Source: a virus
IMG/VR virus record: IMGVR_UViG_3300025018_000101
Location: 32,001 to 96,000 of that record
DNA length: 64,000 bases
Reading direction: 5' to 3' (one strand)
Part shown: piece by piece, positions 45,762 through 55,581 of the stretch
Layout: each line of letters opens with the position of its first letter
Position numbering within the stretch: position 1 is the stretch's first letter
Notes under the pieces: generated by a model
What the model was told of the DNA's origin: nothing
What the model saw: only the letters and a program-made list of their open reading frames with translations
Database searches by the model: none
Made by a program: the position numbers and the translations under genes

Positions 45762-47017
45762 TGCGTGGACTCGGCCGCACCATCCTGGACCTCGCGCACG
45801 ACCGACCCGTGGCTGCGACTGCGGCTGCGGCCGGCGCAGTGGCTGTGCCCGTGGGCGTCTCTACGCTCGTGGGTGCCCCGGGGCAATCTCGTGCGGCCTA
45901 CGACGACGACGCCTTCCACGTCCAGGAACAGGCGCGACTGATGAGCCAGCCCTCCAACACCGAGGAGCCCCACATGCGACGCCTACCCTCCCCCGCGGCC
46001 TACTACAAGTCGGGCTGCGTCCTCGACAAGCTCGCCGCCCCGAAGCCCGCCTCCGGGGGCAAGAGCATGCTGTTCGGCGGCATCCAGAGCCTCCTCGACG
46101 AGGTCTTTGGGCCCGCCTCGCGCACCCCGACCGCCCGGGAGATCCTCGGGCACGGCTCGGTGCAGGACGCGCTCCGGGCGACGACCGGCTCGGTGAGCCG
46201 CCCGTTCTCCCAGGCGGTTGAGCCCGCGGTCCACGACGTCCTGGACGACGGCATCGTGCGCTCCTTCGTGTCCAACATGCAGCACTCGGTCCCGGAGCCC
46301 TTCTCCCGAGACGGGTACGGCACACACCCTGAAGTCGCGCGCAGGCGACTCCGGGCAGCAGCCGCGGCGGGGGTGGCGGGCGCCCGACAGGAGCTCGACA
46401 AGCTCCTCAGCCAGGAGCCGGGTCTGGCGAACGCCTACGCCACGGCGCACCAGGAACTCAGCGGTATGCTCAACCCTCAGCAGGACGTCCGAGACGCCCT
46501 CGGCCACGTGGTCAGCGCGGTGGACGCGGGCGTCGTTGGCGCTGACAAGCAGCTCCACGAGATCCTGTCCCAGAACCCAGACCTGGCCCAGGCGTGGGCG
46601 GGTGCTCACATGGACGCCTCCGCGCCGAACGCCGGCAGGCGCTACGGCCTGCCGGCGGCGCTGGTGGGAGGCGGCCTCGCGTTGGGTCTGGCAGAGCCCA
46701 TGATGGAAGTGGCCAGGCCCACCGCCGAGTCGTTCGGCACGCGCCTCGCCGACCGCTTCGCGCCGCGGCCGGACGACGGGGCAGCGCAGTTCAACGAGAT
46801 GCTCAGGACGGACCCGATGCTGTCGCAGGCCTCGCCCGAGGAGCGCCTGCTCATGCACAAGGCGTACGGCAGTATGCGCTCCGTGGCGCCCACGCTCGCG
46901 CAAGACCCGTTCGCGTCGCAGAACTACCTCCGGACCATCATGTCCACGGGCGCAGGCCCCGACTACGCCACCATCGGCCAGCTCGCTCGCGTCGAGCGGG
47001 ACCTCACCAAGGACTGA
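45761..47017 (+). CDS. Putative internal virion protein
   Basis: TGATG coupling to the previous gene; internal repeat; possible second start at 45974. Confidence 0.65.
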   Translation: MRGLGRTILDLAHDRPVAATAAAAGAVAVPVGVSTLVGAPGQSRAAYDDDAFHVQEQARLMSQPSNTEEPHMRRLPSPAAYYKSGCVLDKLAAPKPASGGKSMLFGGIQSLLDEVFGPASRTPTAREILGHGSVQDALRATTGSVSRPFSQAVEPAVHDVLDDGIVRSFVSNMQHSVPEPFSRDGYGTHPEVARRRLRAAAAAGVAGARQELDKLLSQEPGLANAYATAHQELSGMLNPQQDVRDALGHVVSAVDAGVVGADKQLHEILSQNPDLAQAWAGAHMDASAPNAGRRYGLPAALVGGGLALGLAEPMMEVARPTAESFGTRLADRFAPRPDDGAAQFNEMLRTDPMLSQASPEERLLMHKAYGSMRSVAPTLAQDPFASQNYLRTIMSTGAGPDYATIGQLARVERDLTKD

Positions 47018-47020
47018 CCC

Positions 47021-48304
47021 ATGTCCGAAGAAGACTTCAACCTGTTCCTGGCCAACGTCCTGGCCTCCGTCCACGGGGCGGGCAAGGTGGCGTCCCTGAT
47101 GCGGCGCCCCATCAGCGAGGTCTACGCCGCGAAGCTGTCGGCCTACTACGGCCAGCCGGTCTCGCCCGACTTCAGTCTCGCCGACGTGGTCAAGCACGTG
47201 AGCGAGAAGTTGGGGCGCGCGCGCACCGTTCACCGCCAGACGCTCGACGGCATCGAGGCGATCCGCGAACTGTCCAAGGTCGGTGGCTCCGACCCCGACC
47301 CCGACCCCGACCCCGGCCCGTCGCGCTTCCGAGGCGCCCTGGCGGGCTGGGGCGCAGGCGGTGCTGCGGGCTCCGTCCTTGGCGCCGGTCTAGGGGTGGC
47401 AGGCGGACTGGCGGGCCTGCATTACATGAGGCGCGCTGGGGACGAGCGTCTGGTGGAGGCCCTCGCGGACAACCCCGAACTGTCCTCAAGGGCGCTGGCG
47501 GCAGGCGTAGGCGTGGCCGGTGGCGGCGCCGGCGCGCTCCTGGGCGGAACCGTCTCCGGCGCTACGGGCCTCATGGCGGGCGCGAGTCGCCCCGGCGGCG
47601 CCGACCCGGACGCGCCCTGGTACGCGGGACACGGCGCGGCGGGCGCCCTACTCGGAGGCGCGGCGGGCGCCCTACTCGGAGGCGCGGCGGGCGGCGTGCT
47701 GTCCGCCCCACCCCGGGAGGGCGTCTCCGCGCTGGGGCGCCTCGGTGCTGGAGCCCTCATCGGCGCGGGGCTCGGCGCGGCGGGCGCCGTGGCCGCGGAC
47801 CGCGCCACCTCCTGGCTCGCGCCCCGAGACGCCGAGCGCCAGAAGACCGGCGGCGAAGCCCTCCGCTACGACGCAGGTCGTGGTGCCGAGGCGGGCGGCA
47901 TGGTTGGCGGGATCGGTGGCGGACTCGCCGGTGCGGGCCTGGGGGCTTACACGGGCAGCGGCTGGAAGAGCCGCCTCGCCCGAGGAGCTGCTGGTGGTCT
48001 CGCCGGGGCGATCGGAGGGGGCACGGTCGGCATGGGCGTCGGTGCGCACACGGGTGCCGGCGCCAGCGTCATCGACCCTCAGGGCGTCACCCCGGAGTGG
48101 CAGCGGCACGCGGTAGGCGGCGGCGCACTCGGCGCCGGTCTGGGAGTGGCCGGCGGGGCTGCGACTGGGGCCCTGCTGGGCCGTGGGTGGCGCGATGCAC
48201 TGACCGCCGGTCTTGGGGCGGGCCTCGCCGGAGGAGTCGCTGGCGGCCTCGGGGGAGCAGTGGTGGGTGGCCAGCGTCAAGCCATGGACAACGTCGGCCT
48301 CTGA
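47021..48304 (+). CDS. Multi-glycine-zipper protein
   Basis: Roughly 10 GxxxG hydrophobic segments after a (DP)4 linker. Confidence 0.75.
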   Translation: MSEEDFNLFLANVLASVHGAGKVASLMRRPISEVYAAKLSAYYGQPVSPDFSLADVVKHVSEKLGRARTVHRQTLDGIEAIRELSKVGGSDPDPDPDPGPSRFRGALAGWGAGGAAGSVLGAGLGVAGGLAGLHYMRRAGDERLVEALADNPELSSRALAAGVGVAGGGAGALLGGTVSGATGLMAGASRPGGADPDAPWYAGHGAAGALLGGAAGALLGGAAGGVLSAPPREGVSALGRLGAGALIGAGLGAAGAVAADRATSWLAPRDAERQKTGGEALRYDAGRGAEAGGMVGGIGGGLAGAGLGAYTGSGWKSRLARGAAGGLAGAIGGGTVGMGVGAHTGAGASVIDPQGVTPEWQRHAVGGGALGAGLGVAGGAATGALLGRGWRDALTAGLGAGLAGGVAGGLGGAVVGGQRQAMDNVGL

Positions 48305-48327
48305 GAGGCCCGTAAGGAGACCCGGAT

Positions 48328-49086
48328 ATGACACAGCCCTTGTACCTGACCCGACTGCTCCAGAAGACCGCCGCCCGCAAGGAAGAGCCGGCGTGGGACC
48401 CCGCCATGGAGGTCGACCTGACGCCGGCCGAGCAGGCGCGGTTTGACAGGGCCGCCGCCGAAGAGGCGCGGCGCGGCGGCTACGCCGGCGGCCTCATCGG
48501 CGCAGGTGCTGGCGCGCTGATGGGCGGTGCCGGCGCCGCCGCCTGGGGCCGCTCGAGGGGTCACGGCCTCGGCCGTGTCGTGGGCGAGGGAGCGCTCGGA
48601 GCGCTTGGCGGCGCAGCGGCTGGGTTCTTCGAAGGAGACGTAGCGGGTGGAGCGGTCGGCGGGCTCTCCATGTACGCGGACCGGGACTCAAAGCCGAACT
48701 TGCGCGACCAGTACGGATTTGGAGCGGCCCTCCCTGCGGGCTTCGCCGGGGGTCTCATGGGCGCTGGCGCCGGTGCTGTTGGTGCGCACGAACTGTTACG
48801 GGGCGCGCCGGCGCGGATCCTGGTGCCGGCTACGCTGGTGGGCGGCGGTCTGGGCGCCCTGGCTGGCGGAGCCTTGAGCGGGCTCTCCGGGTACGGCGCG
48901 GGCTACGGGCTGGGTCTGGTGCGCGAGGGTATGGACGCCGCCACGGGGTCGAGGCCGCCAGCCAACCCGCTCGAGGGCATCGACACGGTCGCCAGGGAGC
49001 GGGCCGTCGAGGAGTACCTCGCCAACGGAGGCAAGGAGGCTTCGGCCGCCCCCGTCTATCTCAATCGCCTGCTGCGGAGGCTGTAG
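48328..49086 (+). CDS. Glycine-zipper protein, copy 1
   Basis: AAGGAG RBS; KTAA near the N-terminus and KEAS near the C-terminus. Confidence 0.75.
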   Translation: MTQPLYLTRLLQKTAARKEEPAWDPAMEVDLTPAEQARFDRAAAEEARRGGYAGGLIGAGAGALMGGAGAAAWGRSRGHGLGRVVGEGALGALGGAAAGFFEGDVAGGAVGGLSMYADRDSKPNLRDQYGFGAALPAGFAGGLMGAGAGAVGAHELLRGAPARILVPATLVGGGLGALAGGALSGLSGYGAGYGLGLVREGMDAATGSRPPANPLEGIDTVARERAVEEYLANGGKEASAAPVYLNRLLRRL

Positions 49087-49243
49087 TGGCGCACGACAAG
49101 GCCATCGAGTTCGGTCAGTACGCCCCGACAGGCGAGCCGTCGATGCAGGTCATCGACCGGCGCGACGTTGGCCTGCGGAAGTACGCCTCGGCCGAAGCCA
49201 TGGACAACGTCGGCCTCTGAGAGGCCCGTAAGGAGACCCGGAT

Positions 49244-50002
49244 ATGACACAGCCCTTGTACCTGACCCGACTGCTCCAGAAGACCGCCGCCCGCAAGGAA
49301 GAGCCGGCGTGGGACCCCGCCATGGAGGTCGACCTGACGCCGGCCGAGCAGGCGCGGTTTGACAGGGCCGCCGCCGAAGAGGCGCGGCGCGGCGGCTACG
49401 CCGGCGGCCTCATCGGCGCAGGTGCTGGCGCGCTGATGGGCGGTGCCGGCGCCGCCGCCTGGGGCCGCTCGAGGGGTCACGGCCTCGGCCGTGTCGTGGG
49501 CGAGGGAGCGCTCGGAGCGCTTGGCGGCGCAGCGGCTGGGTTCTTCGAAGGAGACGTAGCGGGTGGAGCGGTCGGCGGGCTCTCCATGTACGCGGACCGG
49601 GACTCAAAGCCGAACTTGCGCGACCAGTACGGATTTGGAGCGGCCCTCCCTGCGGGCTTCGCCGGGGGTCTCATGGGCGCTGGCGCCGGTGCTGTTGGTG
49701 CGCACGAACTGTTACGGGGCGCGCCGGCGCGGATCCTGGTGCCGGCTACGCTGGTGGGCGGCGGTCTGGGCGCCCTGGCTGGCGGAGCCTTGAGCGGGCT
49801 CTCCGGGTACGGCGCGGGCTACGGGCTGGGTCTGGTGCGCGAGGGTATGGACGCCGCCACGGGGTCGAGGCCGCCAGCCAACCCGCTCGAGGGCATCGAC
49901 ACGGTCGCCAGGGAGCGGGCCGTCGAGGAGTACCTCGCCAACGGAGGCAAGGAGGCTTCGGCCGCCCCCGTCTATCTCAATCGCCTGCTGCGGAGGCTGT
50001 AG
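49244..50002 (+). CDS. Glycine-zipper protein, copy 2
   Basis: Identical translation to copy 1. Confidence 0.7.
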   Translation: MTQPLYLTRLLQKTAARKEEPAWDPAMEVDLTPAEQARFDRAAAEEARRGGYAGGLIGAGAGALMGGAGAAAWGRSRGHGLGRVVGEGALGALGGAAAGFFEGDVAGGAVGGLSMYADRDSKPNLRDQYGFGAALPAGFAGGLMGAGAGAVGAHELLRGAPARILVPATLVGGGLGALAGGALSGLSGYGAGYGLGLVREGMDAATGSRPPANPLEGIDTVARERAVEEYLANGGKEASAAPVYLNRLLRRL

Positions 50003-51975
50003 TGGCGCACGACAAGGCCATCGAGTTCGGTCAGTACGCCCCGACAGGCGAGCCGTCGATGCAGGTCATCGACCGGCGCGACGTTGGCCTGCGGAAGTAC
50101 GCCTCGGCCGATGTGGAATCACTTGAGGTCTTGCGCACCGCGCCGTCCCTGCCCGGCCACACCATGGCGCTCGTCCTGGCGATGACCGCCTACGAGTTCT
50201 ACGGCTTCAACCGCAACGGCGACGGCTTCCACGAACGGAAGTACGACGCCACCCTCTGTGACGGTCGGCGCGTGACGCTCTGTACCGACGCCGAGTCCTT
50301 GCCTGCGTGGCACAAAACCTTCGAGACGGTCGGAAAGAACTTCTTGTTCCACGCCAACAAGGACCCGAGCAAGGCGGTCGGTCGCATCGCCCGGTCGATC
50401 TACAACTGGAAAATGCACCGCGTCGAGCTCATCGTAGCGGTCGACAACGGCCGAGCCGACAAGATCGTCCAGCGCTTGCGGGACCGCGAGTACCCAGCCG
50501 TCAGTATGGGCTGTAGGATACCCGCAGACGTGTGCGTATACTGCGGCAACCGGGCACCAACTCGCGCTCAGTACTGCATCCACGTCAGCGGCCACGACCC
50601 GCGCTACGGCCTCGGCACGATCCTGGACAGCGGCATCGAGATGGGTGTGCTCAACCCGTGCCCGGAGCTCTTCGACTTGTCGTGGGTGTGGAAGCCGGCC
50701 GATCGGGTGGCGTACACCATGCGGCACCTCGACGGGGTGGGAGCGGCCTCCGACTTGCTGAAGGCTGCTTCGGAGCGGCCGTACGCCATACGCCGCCCCG
50801 GGGCGGAAACCAAGGTGGCGTCCGTGACTCCCCGTACCTCGAAGGACCAGGAGCTCGACGCCGCCAAGTGCGCCGCGCTCAAGAAGCTGTCCGAGATCGA
50901 CAAGATGGTCGACGGCGAGCTCAGCGCAGCCCCTTACGCCGGCGGCACGCCGGCGGTCATGAAGGCGCTGGCGCAGTCATACGCGAAGGACTTCGAGCCT
51001 GTCGGTGACGACGTCATCGAGGAGATGGCCCGGCGTCCGCTCCGTGACAGCGTGGCGACGTTCTCGTCTATGGACATGTCGCCGTCGGCCGACGAGCTGC
51101 TCCGCCTCTTCTCTCACTGGTCCGGAGGTGGGTCGGACGACGTCCAGGCGGTTCCGGTGGGCTCCATCCGCAGGGTCATCCTCCGTGTGTTCGGCGACAG
51201 TCCCGACCTCGTGGACGTCTGTCAGGGCGCGGCCGGGGTGGGGGTGGGGGCGGCGCCGGGGGACGCGAGCTTGAAGCTCGCGAGCCTGCTCGCGCCGATG
51301 ATGGAGAAGCGCGCACTCGCTGGCGACCTCCTGATGCGCAAGTACGTCCCGGAGAACGCGGGGGTGTGGACGGGACTGGTCGGAGGGGACCCCGGAGCCG
51401 CGTACTACGGCCGGGCGCAGCAACCCCTGCACGCCACCGACCCCTCCACGGGGGACCGCTACGCCACGACGCGTAACGTCGCCGAGCAGACCGACTTGAA
51501 CAACGTCAAGCACAAGGCCCTCGAGGCCGGCGTCCTGGCGGGGGCCACGGGCATCGGCGTCGGCGCGATGAGTCTGATGGGCCGGAAGAACAAGGCGCTT
51601 CGCGTCGCGCGATGGCCGGTGGGAGCTGTCGGCATGGGCCTGGCGGGGTACGCTGGCCTGCGCAAGATCCCCGAGTTCAAGACCGACGAGGGCGTGTCGG
51701 TACCGCACAACACGCCCATGTCCAAGATGAGCGCAGCCGACACCGACGCCGGGCTGTACCTGATGGCAGCGGCCGCTGGCGGCCGGCGTCACTTCGCGTT
51801 TGAGAAGAGCGCGGAGGCGGAGCTCGACAGACTCCGTTCGCAACTTGTATACACGGACCCTTCGGGGTACTCACGTTTGCGTGCCTCGTCTTCGGAGTTC
51901 CTCTCGAAGGTGTCCGAGGCGCTTGTGCGAGCCGTGCGCCGCTGCGGGCTTGCGCCTTCGATTCGACCGACGTAG
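50002..51975 (+). CDS. Prohead maturation protease (HK97/assemblin-like) with Zn finger and C-terminal extension
   Basis: NRNGDGF, His motif FLFHANK, Ser motif VSMGC, CVYC...CIH, FDLSWVWKPAD (equivalent to E-v-S-x-V-x-x-PA); lies upstream of scaffold and capsid genes. Confidence 0.75.
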   Translation: MAHDKAIEFGQYAPTGEPSMQVIDRRDVGLRKYASADVESLEVLRTAPSLPGHTMALVLAMTAYEFYGFNRNGDGFHERKYDATLCDGRRVTLCTDAESLPAWHKTFETVGKNFLFHANKDPSKAVGRIARSIYNWKMHRVELIVAVDNGRADKIVQRLRDREYPAVSMGCRIPADVCVYCGNRAPTRAQYCIHVSGHDPRYGLGTILDSGIEMGVLNPCPELFDLSWVWKPADRVAYTMRHLDGVGAASDLLKAASERPYAIRRPGAETKVASVTPRTSKDQELDAAKCAALKKLSEIDKMVDGELSAAPYAGGTPAVMKALAQSYAKDFEPVGDDVIEEMARRPLRDSVATFSSMDMSPSADELLRLFSHWSGGGSDDVQAVPVGSIRRVILRVFGDSPDLVDVCQGAAGVGVGAAPGDASLKLASLLAPMMEKRALAGDLLMRKYVPENAGVWTGLVGGDPGAAYYGRAQQPLHATDPSTGDRYATTRNVAEQTDLNNVKHKALEAGVLAGATGIGVGAMSLMGRKNKALRVARWPVGAVGMGLAGYAGLRKIPEFKTDEGVSVPHNTPMSKMSAADTDAGLYLMAAAAGGRRHFAFEKSAEAELDRLRSQLVYTDPSGYSRLRASSSEFLSKVSEALVRAVRRCGLAPSIRPT

Positions 51976-51978
51976 AAT
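51950..51978 (+). promoter_or_regulatory. sigma70-like promoter of the capsid operon
   Basis: TTGCGC-17 nt-TAGAAT. Confidence 0.65.
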
Positions 51979-52015
51979 GCAACCCGATGCGGTCCAACCC
52001 GACCCAGGAGCGAGT

Positions 52016-52717
52016 ATGTCTAAGCAAATGACCATCGAGCAGGCCCTCTCGGCGCTTCAGGGCGCGTCCGACCCGAAGACGGCCGCGGCCCATACACCTG
52101 GGGCGGCCGGCAACAACGTCTACCAGGCGCAGGCCGCGGTGTCCGCGTCGGCGCAGAATCTCCAGAAGGTCGCGGGCGCTCCTGGCCTCCAGCAGGGCAG
52201 CGCCCAAGTGGACGCTGACGTCCTGCTCAAGATCGCCAGTCGCATCGCGGCCGCCGAGGAGCAGGCCATCGTCGCCGAGGGTTCCGCCCTTGGTGCGGCC
52301 ATCTTCGACGGCTTCATGAAGGCGGCCGGTTCGACCATCCACGCGGTGGACCAGCACGCGCCCCAGTACCGTCCGGCTCGCCAGCAGACGATCGACGACG
52401 TCGCTTACAAGGTGGCGTCGGCCTCGGCGGCCGACGCGTGGGACGTCATCGACGCGCTGCAGCCGCCGGCTCGCCAGCAGACGATCGACGACGTCGCTTA
52501 CAAGGTGGCGTCGGCCTCGGCGGCCGACGCGTGGCAGGCCCTCGACGCGCTCGGCGCTCCTTCCGAGAGTCGGGCCTACCAGATGAAGGTCGCGGCGGCT
52601 GAGCGGCAGGAGTTCTCGGAGGGTCTGGTGAGCGGTCTCGACAAGGTCGCCGAGTTCTGTGCGGCCGCGTTCGAGCAGGGCAACGAGCTGGCCGCGGCGG
52701 CGCTCGCTCCGCGCTAG
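52016..52717 (+). CDS. Scaffold/core-like protein, K-x-A-rich
   Basis: AGGAG RBS; 8 of 9 lysines are in K-x-A; 69-bp internal repeat (52373-441, 52466-534). Confidence 0.7.
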   Translation: MSKQMTIEQALSALQGASDPKTAAAHTPGAAGNNVYQAQAAVSASAQNLQKVAGAPGLQQGSAQVDADVLLKIASRIAAAEEQAIVAEGSALGAAIFDGFMKAAGSTIHAVDQHAPQYRPARQQTIDDVAYKVASASAADAWDVIDALQPPARQQTIDDVAYKVASASAADAWQALDALGAPSESRAYQMKVAAAERQEFSEGLVSGLDKVAEFCAAAFEQGNELAAAALAPR

Positions 52718-52728
52718 AGGGTACGTGC

Positions 52729-53160
52729 ATGTCGTCCGCCCTCCACATCCTGACGGTGGTCGCGCCTCAGGCGCACAATCGTTTCGAGCTCCGCTCCAAA
52801 GTGGCGAACGAGCTCGGCCATGAGATAGGCGCCGTGGCGAACCACTGGGCGGCGCGAGCTGGCCTGGCGGGTCTCGGCGCTACGGGTCTGGGCCTGGGTG
52901 CGTACCATTTCGGGGCGTCGAGGGAGCGCAAACGCAATGCGGAGGCGCTCCGGTCTGAGCAGGAGAAGGCTCAGCAGGAGAAGCTGCTGGCCTTCGGCGG
53001 AGGTCTGGCGGCGGGCATGGCAGGGCCTCGCCTCAACGGGGCCACACGCGGCCTTGTCCACAGGTCGACAGCTCCCACGCTGAACGACCTCGACTACGCG
53101 TACGGCGACTACAATCAGGCACCGCCGGGTCCCGTGCCTGAGTACGGAGGCATGTCATGA
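52729..53160 (+). CDS. Small Gly-rich putative internal protein
   Basis: GAGG RBS; two Gly-rich hydrophobic segments. Confidence 0.65.
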   Translation: MSSALHILTVVAPQAHNRFELRSKVANELGHEIGAVANHWAARAGLAGLGATGLGLGAYHFGASRERKRNAEALRSEQEKAQQEKLLAFGGGLAAGMAGPRLNGATRGLVHRSTAPTLNDLDYAYGDYNQAPPGPVPEYGGMS

Positions 53161-53378
53161 CGACTCGAAGGGAGTCCGCATTGCTTGAAGCGTTTGACGC
53201 GGCGCGACAGCGCCTGGCGTCCGCGGAGGCGCAGGAGAAGCAGGCTTCGTCGTCGGGCCAGCCCGAGGACGTGGCGGCCGCTCTGGAGGCTGTGGCCGGC
53301 GGTCTCCGCCACGAGAAGGCAGCTTCGGTGAAGGTGCCTCTCCTGGGCGTCGTCATCTGCGCGGAGGTGCTCCCGTGA
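53157..53378 (+). CDS. Small K-x-A protein
   Basis: ATGA overlap; KQAS, KAAS. Confidence 0.6.
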   Translation: MTTRRESALLEAFDAARQRLASAEAQEKQASSSGQPEDVAAALEAVAGGLRHEKAASVKVPLLGVVICAEVLP

Positions 53379-53548
53379 GCCAACAGCAGCCCAGCTCGGT
53401 TGCGGACGTAATGCTCAAGACAGCGGAGGCGATGCGTGAACGTGCCCGCCTCTTGCGCGCGGGCGACAATCAGCGTACTGTCAAGGTCGCGAAGGCACTC
53501 CGGGCCCTCGGGCACTTGAACAACTCCCTCCGGGAGGGCCAGCGATGA
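53375..53548 (+). CDS. 57-aa K-x-A protein (absent from the ORF track)
   Basis: GGAGG RBS; GTGA and ATGA overlaps at both ends; MSQQQPSSVADVMLKTAEAM...VKVAKAL. Confidence 0.65.
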   Translation: MSQQQPSSVADVMLKTAEAMRERARLLRAGDNQRTVKVAKALRALGHLNNSLREGQR

Positions 53549-53937
53549 TCATCCTCGACACCCCCGAAGCCCTGGAAGCGGCTGCGGACCTCCTTGAGAA
53601 GTCCGCGGCGTACGTCCGGCAGCTCGAGGCGTCCGTCATCGCGCGCTCCCAGACTGAGGCGTCGGAACGTCAGTCCAAGGAAGCGGCGGATCAGGCGGCC
53701 CTCGCCCTTCGCCTGTCGTCCGTGCTCGGCAACGTCTTTGACGCCGAGAAGGTCGCCCGCGACCTCGCTCAGCTCGCGCCGTCCGTCCGCGCTGTCTACG
53801 AGGACCTGGTCGAGAAGGCGTCCGCTGCGTCTGATCAGCTCGGGGGCCCTCGTACGAACGAACGCTACACCGCCCCGACCGCTGAGCAAGAGTTCGATGC
53901 CTATCTCGCGCGCATGGCGCGGGAGTCCCACTACTGA
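53545..53937 (+). CDS. Coiled-coil scaffold-like protein
   Basis: Helical; KSAA, KEAA, KVAR; upstream of the capsid genes. Confidence 0.6.
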   Translation: MIILDTPEALEAAADLLEKSAAYVRQLEASVIARSQTEASERQSKEAADQAALALRLSSVLGNVFDAEKVARDLAQLAPSVRAVYEDLVEKASAASDQLGGPRTNERYTAPTAEQEFDAYLARMARESHY

Positions 53938-53957
53938 CCCTGACAGGGAGACCGACC

Positions 53958-54485
53958 ATGTCCATTCTCGACCCCCAGGAGCACTACGACATCATCTTCG
54001 GCGGCGGCAGCCCCGAGGATTCGGCGAGCTTCCTCCAGGACTACACGCCGGCGACCGGCGTCGAGCTCACCATCGGCGACGTCGTCGAGGTCGTCTCGGA
54101 GGGCGGCTTGCCGCGCGTCTCGAAGCTGACCTACGCGGCCTTCGTGAGCGCGTGCGCTGGCGGTGCGACGCCGACGGCGGCGCAGGCCGACACCGCCATC
54201 ATGGCGGCGTGGGACGCCCTCATGGCCAAGAAGCGCGCCCTCGTCGTGTGGGAGGGCAACTCCGAACTGGAGGGTGGTTACCTCGCGAACACCGTCACCA
54301 CGATCTTCGGGTCGTACGTCATGGAGACGACCAACTTCGCCGCGGGCGTCTACGCGCCGGGCGTGAAGGTCAGCGTGGCGTCCGGCGCGGTCAAGGTCAA
54401 GGCGACCGGTGAGCCGACCTTCGGCGAGGTCGTGGCGTACGACTCCACGGCGGCGGTGTTGACCGTCGCCGTCCCTGGTCTGTAA
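53958..54485 (+). CDS. Capsid decoration/cement-like protein
   Basis: Beta-rich, 175 aa, immediately before the MCP. Confidence 0.55.
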   Translation: MSILDPQEHYDIIFGGGSPEDSASFLQDYTPATGVELTIGDVVEVVSEGGLPRVSKLTYAAFVSACAGGATPTAAQADTAIMAAWDALMAKKRALVVWEGNSELEGGYLANTVTTIFGSYVMETTNFAAGVYAPGVKVSVASGAVKVKATGEPTFGEVVAYDSTAAVLTVAVPGL

Positions 54486-54565
54486 TCCAAGGGGAGACCC
54501 CGAGGGGGGGGCTCCCCTCCCGTGACACCAGCCCTGCTCAGCGGGGTGACGCAGGAGAAGACATC

Positions 54566-55507
54566 ATGAGCATGGGCGGTTACCAGGGGTACCAGACCGA
54601 GACCCCGAAGATCAGCGAGGCCCAACTGGCGGCGACGTGGCTTGGCCTCCTCGACGGCGGTCCTCACCAGAAGGAGGCGTCCGAGAGGACCAACTCCTTC
54701 ATCCGCGACAAGATGCGCGAGAAGTCGTTCGCGCGCCTCATCCTGACTCCGCAGACGCTGGGCGACGAGGAGGTCGACCGCCGGGTCGAGAGCGATCTCC
54801 CGATCAAGATCGTCGAGAAGGAGCCGGACTCCCGCGCGACGTTCGTGACGTTCAAGGGCGCGGGCCCTCGCGCCTGGATCAAGGGTCAGCGGTACGCGGT
54901 GCACTTCGGCTACATCTCCAGCCAGCGGTGGCGGAAGAACAAGCTCGAACTGATGACCTCGCGCACCGACCTGAAGGAGCTCCTGGCGGACAACGCCGTC
55001 AAGGACTGCGCCGCCCAGGAGGATGGCAAGTTCCTCGAGACGGCGCTGGAGATCACGGCGGCCGCGGCGGCCACCCAGGTCATCAACTTCACGTCCCGCC
55101 TGTCGAAGGACGGGATCGTGTCCGGCATCCAGGCGATGCTGGCGAACCAGATCCCCGCCGGGGTGATGCTGTGCACGCAGCAGCTTTGGTGGGACCTCGC
55201 GCGTCTCCAGGCCAACAACATCGGCGACCCGGCGACGGACCGCCTGTGGCAGAACGGCGTGGAGAAGACCGAACTGTTCGGGATGCGCTGCATCACGACG
55301 ATCAAGAACGACATCGTCGACCCGAACGACCTCTGGATCTTCGCGCCCGAGCAGTACCTGGGGAACTTCTTCCTCCTCCAGGACGCCACCTTGTTCATCA
55401 AGCAGGAGGGCCCCGAGATCATGTTCTACGTGTACGAAGCCCCGGGTATCGGCTTCGGCAACACCAAGGGCATCATCCGGATCCGCTTCAACCGCGCCGT
55501 GGCGTAA
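54566..55507 (+). CDS. Major capsid protein
   Basis: AGGAG RBS; strong codon bias; 313 aa; position after protease, scaffold and decoration genes; HK97-like C-terminus FYVYEAPGIGFGNTKGIIRI. Confidence 0.75.
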   Translation: MSMGGYQGYQTETPKISEAQLAATWLGLLDGGPHQKEASERTNSFIRDKMREKSFARLILTPQTLGDEEVDRRVESDLPIKIVEKEPDSRATFVTFKGAGPRAWIKGQRYAVHFGYISSQRWRKNKLELMTSRTDLKELLADNAVKDCAAQEDGKFLETALEITAAAAATQVINFTSRLSKDGIVSGIQAMLANQIPAGVMLCTQQLWWDLARLQANNIGDPATDRLWQNGVEKTELFGMRCITTIKNDIVDPNDLWIFAPEQYLGNFFLLQDATLFIKQEGPEIMFYVYEAPGIGFGNTKGIIRIRFNRAVA

Positions 55508-55541
55508 TCCGTCCTGGGCGTGCCACGATCAACAACGCGTG

Positions 55542-55570
55542 AACGGCGGGGAGAAGCCCCGCCGTTTCCA
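55542..55570 (+). terminator. Hairpin after MCP (weak terminator or stabiliser)
   Basis: AACGGCGGGG-AGAAG-CCCCGCCGTT. Confidence 0.5.
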
Positions 55571-55581
55571 TTGGAGGACGC

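Larger units (their letters stand above)
48279..50110 (+). repeat. 916-bp tandem duplication (48279-49194, 49195-50110)
   Basis: Copies appear identical; identical translated ORFs offset by 916 bp. Confidence 0.95.

Noticed and set aside
40699-50110. Diversity-generating retroelement TR/VR pairs
   Set aside because: Repeat differences are few or absent and not the dense adenine-specific pattern; no reverse transcriptase in the window.
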